Below are positions 47,344 through 56,922 of a stretch of DNA of 58,400 nt, in pieces. A program made the translations under genes and the position numbers. Every line of letters starts with the position of its first letter. Position 1 is the first letter of the stretch. Below the pieces are notes generated by a model that was given only the letters and a program-made list of their open reading frames with translations, was not told the DNA's origin and did not search any database. Source of the DNA: Candidatus Hermodarchaeum yapensis (GTDB lineage Archaea > Asgardarchaeota > Hermodarchaeia > Hermodarchaeales > Hermodarchaeaceae). Location of the stretch: contig JAEOSK010000017.1 in the NCBI GenBank assembly GCA_016840405.1, forward strand, positions 1 through 58,400. The letters are read 5' to 3'.

Positions 47344-47777
47344 GTTTCTTCATCTCCTTCAATTTCTGATGGTGCCAATCGACGCAGATAATGACTTTCG
47401 CATCTGGGGCAGTGTTTAGGCCTTCCTGTTCCAAAGGGTTCATCCCATCTATGCTGACAAGTGAAACACCAAAACTGGCGCTTTGATGGTAGTTGGTAGG
47501 GTCCGCCTTCAATACGTAGGGCTTTTCCATTTACGAGCGCTTCGGCAATCTTTGTATGGGCTGATTTCAGAATTCGATGAAGCGTAGGTTGAGATACCTT
47601 GAGTCGCTGGGCAGCATCCTTCTGTGGCATTCCTTCAAGGTCTTTAACCCGAATTGCTTCGAATTCATCTACGTTGAGTACTACTTCTCCAATGGTACCG
47701 ATGGGAATTCCTCTGGGTTTGTAATAGGTAATATTCGGTTCTGCGCGAACAAACCTGCGTTTATATGGACGTGGCAC
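47340..47777 (-). CDS. DUF134 protein with C-terminal zinc ribbon
   Basis: MPRP..RR, YYKPRGIP, EFEAIRVKD..QKDAA..VSQPT, then CFTC..CPRC. Confidence 0.92.
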   Translation of the reverse strand: MPRPYKRRFVRAEPNITYYKPRGIPIGTIGEVVLNVDEFEAIRVKDLEGMPQKDAAQRLKVSQPTLHRILKSAHTKIAEALVNGKALRIEGGPYQLPSKRQFWCFTCQHRWDEPFGTGRPKHCPRCESHYLRRLAPSEIEGDEET

Positions 47778-47799
47778 GTTATGAATATATATTCATAAC
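47778..47799. promoter_or_regulatory. Perfect 22 bp palindrome, operator of the DUF134-led operon
   Basis: GTTATGAATATATATTCATAAC, directly abutting the GTG start at 47777. Confidence 0.85.
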
Positions 47800-47898
47800 C
47801 TACTTAAATCTTATCCATTTCGAAACAACCAGCATCAAATAAGAACACCAACCACCCTACATTTCACAACTAGCCTACCTTTTGAGAGGTTTACCATT

Positions 47899-49671
47899 TT
47901 GACAATTTCAGGTGGCGAAATACTGGCCAAATGTCTGGCTAACGAGCAAGTCCAATACATCTTTGGAATCATCGGCGACCAATGGAATTCTTTCTTCGAT
48001 GTCCTTGCCCGTAAAGGTGACCAACTTGGGATCGAATTCATCACTACGCGACACGAAGCTGCCGCGGCTCACATGGCCGATGCTTATACCCGAACAACGG
48101 GCAAACCAGGTATTTGTCTTGGAACAGTGGGTCCCGGTGCTGCCAATCTTGTGGGCGGCGTCTATGCGGCTCATGCTGACAGTGTGCCAATTGTGGTTCT
48201 CACGGCTCAGAATCAGACGTGGCGTATTTATCCGGATTCGGGGATGACCCAAGGTCTTGACCAAATCAATCTCTTCAAATCCATCGTTAAGTGGAATGCA
48301 GTTGCTTGGAAGATTGAGCGTATTCCTCATCTGGTTCAGCAAGCGTTCCGCATTGCGCTATCTGGGCGCCCTGGTCCTGTCCATCTAGATTTCCCCTCTG
48401 ACATTCTCTATGGAACAGTCGAAACAGAACCTGCCTTACTAAGTCCAAATCGCTATCGCGTTACAATTCCACCAACAGCCGATCCGCAACTCATTGGAAA
48501 AGCAGCACAAATGCTACTTGATGCAGAATTTCCACTGCTTCATGCAGGGTTAGGTGTGTTGTGGGCTAATGCATCCGAGGAGTTAGTCCAACTCGCTGAG
48601 CATTTATCCGCCGCAGTCACAGTGAGTCCTGCAGCCCGTGGAGCGATTCCTGAGGATCATCCTCTGTTCTTCGAGCCAGGACTGCAAACAGGTGCCTTTG
48701 CACAAAATTACGCGGATCTCGTTCTTCTGGTTGGAGGACGTTTAGGCGACTTGGACTTCTGGGGCTTACCTCCTGGGTGGAAATCCTGCGAGGGGCAAAA
48801 GCTCATCCAAATCGACATTGCGGGTGAAATGATTGGAGTTAATCGGGAAGTGGATTTAGCGCTGCTAGGTGATGCTAAGACCACGCTTCAGTTTCTCCTC
48901 TCAGAAGTAAAACGAAGGGGGGCTCCCAAATCTCCCTCTCCATTACTTGGGCAATGTCAAACCTCCCGTGACAGATGGATACAATCCCAAGTAGATATCG
49001 CTACCAAGGAAGAGGCATTCATTCATCCCCTACGCCTTGTCAAGGAGGTCCGCGACTTCTTTGACCGAAGCGCCATCAGCGTAGTAGATGGCGGCAACAT
49101 CAACCTGTGGACCCTCCATCTCAACCGCATTTACGAACCTCGATCATACTTGTGCGCAAGTGATTCTGGGCATCTCGGAGCCGGGCTTCCCTATGCCATT
49201 GGTGCCAAAATTATTCATCCAAATCGTCAAGTGTATCTGATTTGCGGTGATGGCTCCTTCATGTTCAATATTCAGGAATTAGAAACAGCTGTTCGCCAAA
49301 ACGCCCCGATGATTGCCGTTATCGCGAATGATCGACGTTTTGGGATGATTGCGGGTGTCCAACACCTTCTGTTCGAAGACCGCTTTTATCAAGTTGATTT
49401 CACCGATGTTCGCTATGATCAAGTTGCCCAAGCTATGGGCTGTTATGGTGAACGTGTCACCAAAGCAAAAGACATCCAACCGGCACTGAAACGCGCAGTG
49501 AAGTCAAAGAAGCCCGCGGTTATCGATGTAATCATTGACCGTGAGGCGAATCTCAATCCTCCCGAGTTAGTGTTAGTGGGTGGACAATGGCTCGAAGGAT
49601 GTACTCCGCCTCCAATTGAAAAAGAGGAAAAGAAGGAAGAGAAAAAGGTCACCGAAGCTGTTGCTAGCTAA
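47899..49671 (+). CDS. Thiamine pyrophosphate-dependent enzyme (acetolactate synthase / 2-hydroxyacyl-CoA lyase-like)
   Basis: RHEAAAAHMA, GPGAAN, GRPGPVHLDFP and the GDGSF..ND TPP motif. Confidence 0.92.
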   Translation: MTISGGEILAKCLANEQVQYIFGIIGDQWNSFFDVLARKGDQLGIEFITTRHEAAAAHMADAYTRTTGKPGICLGTVGPGAANLVGGVYAAHADSVPIVVLTAQNQTWRIYPDSGMTQGLDQINLFKSIVKWNAVAWKIERIPHLVQQAFRIALSGRPGPVHLDFPSDILYGTVETEPALLSPNRYRVTIPPTADPQLIGKAAQMLLDAEFPLLHAGLGVLWANASEELVQLAEHLSAAVTVSPAARGAIPEDHPLFFEPGLQTGAFAQNYADLVLLVGGRLGDLDFWGLPPGWKSCEGQKLIQIDIAGEMIGVNREVDLALLGDAKTTLQFLLSEVKRRGAPKSPSPLLGQCQTSRDRWIQSQVDIATKEEAFIHPLRLVKEVRDFFDRSAISVVDGGNINLWTLHLNRIYEPRSYLCASDSGHLGAGLPYAIGAKIIHPNRQVYLICGDGSFMFNIQELETAVRQNAPMIAVIANDRRFGMIAGVQHLLFEDRFYQVDFTDVRYDQVAQAMGCYGERVTKAKDIQPALKRAVKSKKPAVIDVIIDREANLNPPELVLVGGQWLEGCTPPPIEKEEKKEEKKVTEAVAS

Positions 49672-49696
49672 GATTATAACTCCTGCTACCGGAGGA

Positions 49697-50260
49697 ATGT
49701 CTTTGTCAAATCCCCCTATTCAACCTTGGAAACGCCTCAATCGCCAAACCGTGTATCAGAATCCGTGGATAACAGTTTATGAAGATCAGGTTCAACTTCC
49801 ATCTGGCCACACTACTCCATATGGCGTTGTCACTCCAACCACCAATTTTGTTGGCATAGTTCCTCTACTTAATCCAGACACTGTAATACTAGTTCGTCAA
49901 TATCGCTACGTACTGGGCGAAACAACTTGGGAAATACCTTCAGGTGGAATGGAAAAAGACGAAAAACCCGAAGACGCTGCTCAACGTGAACTTCGTGAAG
50001 AAATAGGCTATCGCGCTGATCGATTTCAACTAGTAAGCATTATGCATTCAAACAAGTCCATAATAGAAGATAGAGGTTATATTTACCTCGCAGAGGGACT
50101 TACTCCATCTAAGGCCGTGCCTGATGAAACCGAAGAAATTGAAGTCATTCCAATGCCTCTCGAAAAAGCCCAGGATATGGTGAAAAACTACGAAATTACT
50201 GACTGCGTCTCGATAATCGGCATTCTTCTAGCAAAACGAAGTTCAGAATCAAAGGTGTAA
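49697..50260 (+). CDS. NUDIX hydrolase (ADP-ribose pyrophosphatase-like)
   Basis: LVRQYRY and the Nudix box GGMEKDEKPEDAAQRELREEIG. ATG at 49697 follows GGAGG. Confidence 0.9.
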   Translation: MSLSNPPIQPWKRLNRQTVYQNPWITVYEDQVQLPSGHTTPYGVVTPTTNFVGIVPLLNPDTVILVRQYRYVLGETTWEIPSGGMEKDEKPEDAAQRELREEIGYRADRFQLVSIMHSNKSIIEDRGYIYLAEGLTPSKAVPDETEEIEVIPMPLEKAQDMVKNYEITDCVSIIGILLAKRSSESKV

Positions 50261-50318
50261 GTTTCATTGGTTTACAGGACCATCCGCAGATTAAAAAAAG
50301 TTACAAGCTTAAGAAAAC

Positions 50319-50603
50319 TTGAAAACCAAAATGCCCTCTCAAAGTAAATTCATCGGGGAACGCATATCCGTCGAAGTCGTTGACCTCGAAAAACCAACTA
50401 GGTTCACATGGCGTGGTCGTCAATACAAAATCATTGAAATTAAAGCTAGCACTCGCCGCCTTGACCTCCGAAGCACGTGGTATCGTCGGAAACACCGAGA
50501 TTATTTCATCGTACAAGTAGAGTCAGGGGAACGATTTGAACTCTACCGTCACCGTGTACCAGGTAAACCTTATTGGGTTCTCACCCGGCAACTCGTTGAT
50601 TAA
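50319..50603 (+). CDS. Small hypothetical protein (DUF6504-like)
   Basis: PTRFTWRGRQY and W.R...R.YF.V....G..FELYR patterns. Confidence 0.75.
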   Translation: MKTKMPSQSKFIGERISVEVVDLEKPTRFTWRGRQYKIIEIKASTRRLDLRSTWYRRKHRDYFIVQVESGERFELYRHRVPGKPYWVLTRQLVD

Positions 50604-50631
50604 CAATTGAAAATTTGAAGAACTGCTCCCA

Positions 50632-51300
50632 TTATTTTTCGAGCAGTTGAAAAATGAGAATGGTATGTTGCGGAGTCCATGGAACGGTTTCCGTGTGCTG
50701 AAACCCTAACGGCTCTAATCGTTTCGTGAACCATGCAGGTTGGCGTATCGCCGTGGACCGCCTTGGTTGAGAATCCAAGCGGAAGGCCACCAGTCCCTTG
50801 ACTTTGAGGACTCGTTGAATCTCGTTGAATAATAATTCAGGGGATTTTAGCCCGTTCAACAGGCCCGTAACACATGTCACGAGCGTAAAAGAGTCGTTCT
50901 CGAAGGGAAGCGACTCTTGAACGTCTCGACAAAGAAAACGAGTCCGTGATGCTGATCCTTCTAAACGAGATTGACGACGTGCCTCCAGAATCATTTCCTC
51001 AGACCAATCAATCCCCACAACGTGTCCCTCAAACCCGCGCTTTCGGGCAACCAAGCGTGGTAGGTGCCCGGTCTGGGTTCCCAAATCCAAGAGTTCCTCT
51101 GAGTTTCGGATATTCAAGCGTTTAATGAGATTTTCCCACAGTTCCCAGTCGTCTCGCACCTCAAAGGCTACTGATCGGCGATTATATCCCCAGCGAAGTA
51201 ATCGTTTTCCGAAGTATCTGCCCTCAGTTGCTATAATGAAAAACAGGAGCCCTAGAATCACGCCTATGACTACAAGAAATAAGAGAACCAACCACAGCAT
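50632..51300 (-). CDS. Membrane-anchored class I SAM-dependent methyltransferase
   Basis: N-terminal TM segment; LLDLGTQTG, GIDWS, LPFENDSF and RVLK motifs. Confidence 0.85.
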   Translation of the reverse strand: MLWLVLLFLVVIGVILGLLFFIIATEGRYFGKRLLRWGYNRRSVAFEVRDDWELWENLIKRLNIRNSEELLDLGTQTGHLPRLVARKRGFEGHVVGIDWSEEMILEARRQSRLEGSASRTRFLCRDVQESLPFENDSFTLVTCVTGLLNGLKSPELLFNEIQRVLKVKGLVAFRLDSQPRRSTAIRQPAWFTKRLEPLGFQHTETVPWTPQHTILIFQLLEK

Positions 51301-51487
51301 TCCAGTTGATAAAGGATTGCTGGAAACTTAATTGCTTTTAGAAAGGCGTAAAATCAATAAGTGCAATAATACGCTGTAGTTATATTAACCTAAAACCCGT
51401 TAATTTAAATAGGAAAACTAGCTTCATTGAAGCAAATTGAGGGAATTATCACAAACTAACAAACCATAACCAATTCTGTGATGTCAA

Positions 51488-51973
51488 ATGTTTACCTCTC
51501 TACGATACCCGACCCCCAAACAAAATTGGATCTGGTCACAACGCCGCCAAAACATCCGCCCATCTGAAATTGCTAAAGAACTACAAGTGTCTAGACCGTT
51601 TATCAGTAAGGAACAACGCATTGCTGAATCTCGAATAAAACAACTTCTTCAGCATGCAGCATCGATTAATCGAATCGAAATCAATCAGATTAGCACCCGA
51701 TTTGGCATTGCCTTAGGCTATTGCCGCGCGAACCAAACGGATACCTACATTCTCTATTCTCCTAGTATTGGCGTTCAAACGTGGTTTGCCCACACAGGCA
51801 CCTGTGGCAACTGCGAAGAATACGCTGACTGTGAAACCACCCTCAAAACTCTTGCCAAGGAATGGGCGATCCCCGTAAAAGAAGGGCTTGCTCCCACGGA
51901 CTTGGCAATCTATCTGTTTCAAACTATCCGGAGGCGTCTAAAATGGGAGAAGAAGAACCGGGGAGGGAAGTGA
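51488..51973 (+). CDS. Hypothetical HTH protein with a His/Cys metal-binding motif
   Basis: PSEIAKELQVSRPFISK and HTGTCGNC....C. Confidence 0.75.
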   Translation: MFTSLRYPTPKQNWIWSQRRQNIRPSEIAKELQVSRPFISKEQRIAESRIKQLLQHAASINRIEINQISTRFGIALGYCRANQTDTYILYSPSIGVQTWFAHTGTCGNCEEYADCETTLKTLAKEWAIPVKEGLAPTDLAIYLFQTIRRRLKWEKKNRGGK

Positions 51974-53409
51974 CTCCCGAATCCGAGGCCTGTCCTAAGA
52001 GCCCAAAACCAAAGAAAGAGAAATCCACACGTCCTCTGCTATCATATTTTCCCCAGTGGAACCGTACACAAATCATTGCGATTACGTTAACCTCGCTTTC
52101 ACTTGTGAGCATCTTTTCTGTGGGGCGGTGGTATTTACTCATGATTCCTCTCCAGGAAGACAATGTGATATCAAGTAATATCTATGGAGGTCTTGGCGAT
52201 GAGAGTTTGGGTTCATTCATTCAACTTGAAGCTGGCGGATTGGCATTTTGTGGTTCGACTACAAGTTGGGGTTTAGGAGGACATTTTCCAGGAACCGGCG
52301 GTGGAACTGATATGTGGCTTGTTCGTTTAGATGAAAATGCCAACCTTCTTTGGAATCGGACCTATGGAACCCCTCAAGAAGATTCAGCGAGCTCAGTAAT
52401 TGAGTGCAACAATGGAGGATTTTCCCTCCTAGGAATTACTTATGCTAATAGAAGTGGAGACTATGATCCTGATTGCCTATTAGTCCGATTAGATGAAAAT
52501 GGCAATCAAATATGGAATATGACATTTGGTGACACTGAAAGAGAATACCCGACTAGTATAGTGCAATGCAATGATGGAGGGTTTGCGTTTACTGGCTCTA
52601 TAGTTAATTATAGTGTCGATCAAACCGATTTATGGTTAGTTAGAACTGATTCAGCAGGTAACCTGTTATGGAATCACACCTATGAATGTGATAGAACACA
52701 GGAGGGCGCTTCACTCATACAAACTGAATCGGGCTTTCTTCTTTTCACAACAGGAGCTTGGTATTCAACATCCATTGATATAACATATAATGACGCCTAC
52801 CTGTTTTGTGCAGATGCCTATGGAAACTTACTTTGGAATCGAACCTATGATTCTGGAGGGCATGACTATGGCTTCAAAATTATGCCCGAAAGTGATAGGA
52901 GCTTCACTCTGGCCTGTCATACAGGGCCTAATCAACGTGGATCAGATCTTTGGTTAATTCGAATTAACGAGAACGGCGACATTCTATGGCAAACCGTTGT
53001 GAGGCTATTAGGTGCAAGAGCCCTTGATATTATCAAATGCTATGATGGAGGTTATGCAATTACTGGCACCTACAGTCTTACTTCGTGGTTTATACATTTC
53101 AATCTATATTTTGCACGAACAGACACGCAGGGGACGGTGCTTTGGCATAGGCTATACGGGTTTGAAGAAATGCCAGATATCGGGGTTACCCTTCATCAGA
53201 TGAACGATGGCAGTTTTCTAATTGCAGGTAGAACATATTTGAGTCTTGAACCACAAAACGGTGAGGCCTGGCTTCTTCAAATCAGAGATACTCCAATCAC
53301 ATATTACACACTGACACAATTCTTGTTATACGGCACTCTGATATGCCTTATCACGTTTATTATCTTTAGCGCCTTATTCATCGCACAAAGACGCTGGCTC
53401 AGAAGCTAA
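51943..53409 (+). CDS. Membrane-anchored beta-propeller repeat protein
   Basis: Repeats of DxWLVRxDxxGNLLWNxTYG, with TM segments at both ends. Start uncertain (51862-51970). Confidence 0.85.
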   Translation: MGEEEPGREVTPESEACPKSPKPKKEKSTRPLLSYFPQWNRTQIIAITLTSLSLVSIFSVGRWYLLMIPLQEDNVISSNIYGGLGDESLGSFIQLEAGGLAFCGSTTSWGLGGHFPGTGGGTDMWLVRLDENANLLWNRTYGTPQEDSASSVIECNNGGFSLLGITYANRSGDYDPDCLLVRLDENGNQIWNMTFGDTEREYPTSIVQCNDGGFAFTGSIVNYSVDQTDLWLVRTDSAGNLLWNHTYECDRTQEGASLIQTESGFLLFTTGAWYSTSIDITYNDAYLFCADAYGNLLWNRTYDSGGHDYGFKIMPESDRSFTLACHTGPNQRGSDLWLIRINENGDILWQTVVRLLGARALDIIKCYDGGYAITGTYSLTSWFIHFNLYFARTDTQGTVLWHRLYGFEEMPDIGVTLHQMNDGSFLIAGRTYLSLEPQNGEAWLLQIRDTPITYYTLTQFLLYGTLICLITFIIFSALFIAQRRWLRS

Positions 53410-53519
53410 AAAGACAAGAATCAGCTCCTATTCCTCCTCAATTAGTAGTTTCCCCCAAACCCTTAAAAAATCCATTTGCATTTGTGGCGCAGAAACGATT
53501 ACTCGGAGTTCCTACTTTC

Positions 53520-55277
53520 ATGAAACGGCTGGTTCACAACGGCATCCGCGTCATCGAACTTCCTACACCTACAGGAATGACACTTACCGTTCGTGGTAAC
53601 CCAATTGTACTCAATGCTTTGCAAGAACAAATGGCTATGGCTTTTGTTGCGAAACGCCATCTCGGATACTGGGAGGACCGCATCTTTGTACGAAATTTCC
53701 TAAAAGATTTCAGCAAAATCTTGGGAGTTAAACCAGCCTTTAAGCCTGACGAGATTAATCTTGAAGAATTCTTCCAGAAAGGGATTAAGCGTCGAGAACG
53801 TGAACAACAACAGAAAGAAGCCATGACCAAAGAAGAGAAGAAAGCCTTAGCCACTGAACGGAAAGCCGTTCGTGAAGCCCTACGTGAAAAATTTGGCAAA
53901 GCGGAAATTGATGGCGAAGAGGTGGAAATTGCCAACTGGAACGCAGAACCCAATTGTATCTTTATGGGTCGAGGGAAACACCCACTGCGTGGGAAATGGA
54001 AACCCGGTCCACAGCAAGAGAATATCACGTTAAACTTGAGTCCAGACGCTCCTCTTCCAGAAGGGAAGTGGGCTGGACGCATTTGGCAGCCTGAAAGCCT
54101 GTGGGTGGCACGATGGGAAGATAAACTCTCTGGAAAAATGAAGTATGTCTGGGTCTCGGATACTGCCTCGATTAAACAAGAGCGTGAAGTACAGAAATTT
54201 GAGGTGGCTCAACAACTTGCGAAACGCATTAAGCCCGTACGCCAAGCCATCCAGGAGGACATGACAGCAAGCCAGCCACGTCGCCGACAGATTGCCACCG
54301 CATGTTATCTCATTGATGTGCTCAGTCTCCGAGTAGGTGATGAAAAGGATCCTGATGAAGCAGACACGGTCGGCGCCACTACCCTACGCCCGGAACATGT
54401 CACCATCAAAGAAAATGGTGAAGTGGAATTCCAGTTCTTGGGCAAAGATTCCGTTCCATGGCACAAAACCGTCCAATTACCGGCTGATGTGGTGGAGGAA
54501 TTACAACATCTCATCGTCAACGCTCGAGCACCCGTCCGCAGCAATCGGCAAGGACGTAGCCATCCTTCGCGAAAACGTCCTCAAATCTTCCCCGATGTCC
54601 GGAGCCGGAACGTGAACGCTTACCTCAATGAGATTATGTCTGGATTAACAGCCAAAGTCTTCCGAACCTACCATGCGAGCAGTACTGTGCGCTCCTATCT
54701 TGGTCGGGCAAAGATCAAACGGGACGATCCGAATTGGAAAAAGAAAAATGCAGCCAAATACGCCAACCTGCAAGCCGCCATCGTTTGTAACCATACAAAG
54801 CAGGCTCCCAAGGGTTGGTCGAAGCGAATGAACCGATTTCGTGAACGCCAACGTCTTGCCAACGGCCGTATCACCAAAGCCCAAGAGAATCTTCAGAATC
54901 GACAAGCGCGATTAAAGGATTTGGTTGCGAAACAGAAAACGAAGCTTGACCAGTTACAGGAGACGGGGAAACCGATTCCCCGCGGGAAGAATCGCCCCTA
55001 CGCTTCATCCATTGCTACAGCCCGACGTAGTCTTGAAACGGCAAAACAACGACTAGCTCGCGCCCGAGACGCCAAAGAAAAGCTGAACGCCCAAATCACC
55101 CTCTCCAAGAACACCCGAACGTGGAACCTTGGCACAAGCCTCAAAGCCTATATCGATCCCCGCATCTACCGCGATTGGGGACACCAAATCGATTATGATT
55201 GGAAAGATTTCTACCCCACAACACTACAACGCAAATTCGCATGGATTGACAAAGACGTCGACGTTACAGATAGCTAA
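53520..55277 (+). CDS. top1: DNA topoisomerase IB, long eukaryote/archaeal type
   Basis: HNG, GRGKHPLRG, LRVGDEKD, ADTVG, FLGKDS, AKVFRTYHAS, CNH, a coiled-coil linker and GTSLKAYIDPR. ORF extends to 53484. Confidence 0.95.
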   Translation: MKRLVHNGIRVIELPTPTGMTLTVRGNPIVLNALQEQMAMAFVAKRHLGYWEDRIFVRNFLKDFSKILGVKPAFKPDEINLEEFFQKGIKRREREQQQKEAMTKEEKKALATERKAVREALREKFGKAEIDGEEVEIANWNAEPNCIFMGRGKHPLRGKWKPGPQQENITLNLSPDAPLPEGKWAGRIWQPESLWVARWEDKLSGKMKYVWVSDTASIKQEREVQKFEVAQQLAKRIKPVRQAIQEDMTASQPRRRQIATACYLIDVLSLRVGDEKDPDEADTVGATTLRPEHVTIKENGEVEFQFLGKDSVPWHKTVQLPADVVEELQHLIVNARAPVRSNRQGRSHPSRKRPQIFPDVRSRNVNAYLNEIMSGLTAKVFRTYHASSTVRSYLGRAKIKRDDPNWKKKNAAKYANLQAAIVCNHTKQAPKGWSKRMNRFRERQRLANGRITKAQENLQNRQARLKDLVAKQKTKLDQLQETGKPIPRGKNRPYASSIATARRSLETAKQRLARARDAKEKLNAQITLSKNTRTWNLGTSLKAYIDPRIYRDWGHQIDYDWKDFYPTTLQRKFAWIDKDVDVTDS

Positions 55278-55952
55278 CTACCCTTTTTCCGTTAGCTTTG
55301 TAATTGTTTCCTGAAATTTCTTCGCGGACTTGGCCGGATTTTTTGCCTTTGTAATCCCCCCACCTGCAATGATGATTTCTACAGGATATGTGAGGATCTT
55401 TGCTAAATCGACCACGCGAATTCCCCCCGCCACCGCTAGACAGGGGTGTCCTCGTAATCGGGAGACGGATTCCAATTCTGAATATGGCGCTCGTCGCGCG
55501 GCTCGACTATCTAACCCGCTGTGGACGCACGCATAGTGGATATCTGTGCCCTTGAAGGATAATCCGATGATGTCGGCTAACCGACTAATAGGAATACGTG
55601 ATACGATTAAATCTGCCATGACTTCAACTTTGAATTCATGCGCCGCTTTCAATGCACCTAGGAGGGTTTCATTATAGGCATCGGCTAACACTGTGACAAT
55701 GTCAGCTGAAGCTTGTGCCGCCATGCGCACCTCAAGATATCCCGCATCCGCGGTTTTCAAATCCGCGCAAATTTCCTTTTTTGGGTATGCTTTCTTGAGT
55801 GCCTTCACCGCACCAATTCCCTCAGCTTTGATTAGCGGCGTCCCTGCCTCCATAATATCAACGTAAGGTGCAACCTGGTTTGCCAATTCAAGGGCATCAT
55901 CTAAGTTTTCATAATCCAACGCAACCTGAAATCGGACCATTGCAACAACCAC
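55278..55952 (-). CDS. hps: 3-hexulose-6-phosphate synthase (HUMPS/KGPDC family)
   Basis: QVALD, EAGTPLIK.EG, ADLKTADAG and AVAGGI motifs. Confidence 0.85.
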   Translation of the reverse strand: MVVAMVRFQVALDYENLDDALELANQVAPYVDIMEAGTPLIKAEGIGAVKALKKAYPKKEICADLKTADAGYLEVRMAAQASADIVTVLADAYNETLLGALKAAHEFKVEVMADLIVSRIPISRLADIIGLSFKGTDIHYACVHSGLDSRAARRAPYSELESVSRLRGHPCLAVAGGIRVVDLAKILTYPVEIIIAGGGITKAKNPAKSAKKFQETITKLTEKG

Positions 55953-56058
55953 TCATACACCCTCGTTCTGCGCCCTAAAAACCCACCTCTCACCCGCTTT
56001 GAGAGTCTTAGCACGCGACACGAAAGGATAAAAGGCGTAAACTTCCAAACGATTTCAT

Positions 56059-56442
56059 ATGCGCGCTTATACTTGTCTTGCTGTACTTTTTGCCATCATC
56101 GCCATTGGTGCAGCCTTTTTCGGATTCATGTTCATGATTGCCACAGTAGGCGATCTTGCCCAAAACCAACTCACCGCCTACATGCTCTTCGGTGGCACTG
56201 CCGTGTTCATCATCCTCGCCATCTTACTGGGCTGGTGGGGACAACGTTCACCCGAACGTGTCGTCGTTGAAGCCCACGTCGACTTACCACGTGATTTCGA
56301 TGTCAGCCAAGTCACCTGCCCCCATTGCGGAGGCACACCCCGGAAGGAAAACCTCGCCTACGATCGCGGTATCGGCGCAGTCGTTCTCACCTGCCCATAC
56401 TGTAACAAAGTGTCTCAACTCGTTGAAGATGTCAAATGGTAG
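56059..56442 (+). CDS. Two-TM membrane protein with C-terminal zinc ribbon
   Basis: Two TM helices, CPHCGG..CPYC, ending EDVKW. Confidence 0.8.
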   Translation: MRAYTCLAVLFAIIAIGAAFFGFMFMIATVGDLAQNQLTAYMLFGGTAVFIILAILLGWWGQRSPERVVVEAHVDLPRDFDVSQVTCPHCGGTPRKENLAYDRGIGAVVLTCPYCNKVSQLVEDVKW

Positions 56443-56539
56443 CACCGAGGCGGAAAGCAAAAAAGCCCGTCTTTCCCTAGCCCTATCAAGACTCTCCTAA
56501 TGCTAACCCTTGAGGATCCCGATTGAGCTGAACACATCC

Positions 56540-56908
56540 ATGGTTCCTGAAACACCAACACCACCAGTCGACCCGTCTTCGAACGACGATATCTTGAAGC
56601 AGATTAAACAAGCACTGGATGATTTGAAAAAGGCCGGGAAAATCGCTACGATCCAAATTTGCCCCCAATGTAAGTCCCCCAAACTACGCAGCCGAGAACC
56701 CTGGTATGACATCGGCGGCGCCATGGGCATCACGCCACCCAAATATCTGTGCGCCCGGTGTGGCTACTGGGGCCGCGTCGTCATCGAAGTCACCCATGCC
56801 GACGTCGACGAAACAGTCCTCGACGAGATACTGAACGCCGATATTGAAAGCGCCCAAAAGCTCTTGAACGACCTCCACCAAGAACACCCCATAAATGAAA
56901 AAGATTAG
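56540..56908 (+). CDS. Zinc-ribbon hypothetical protein
   Basis: ICPQCKS..YLCARCGYWG. ORF extends to 56510. Confidence 0.7.
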   Translation: MVPETPTPPVDPSSNDDILKQIKQALDDLKKAGKIATIQICPQCKSPKLRSREPWYDIGGAMGITPPKYLCARCGYWGRVVIEVTHADVDETVLDEILNADIESAQKLLNDLHQEHPINEKD

Positions 56909-56922
56909 TTATTGGACGTGAA

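Noticed and set aside
52200-53280. Repetitive DNA within the propeller gene read as a DGR or tandem repeat
   Set aside because: These are protein-level blade repeats with diverged codons. There is no reverse transcriptase and no adenine-specific TR/VR pair.
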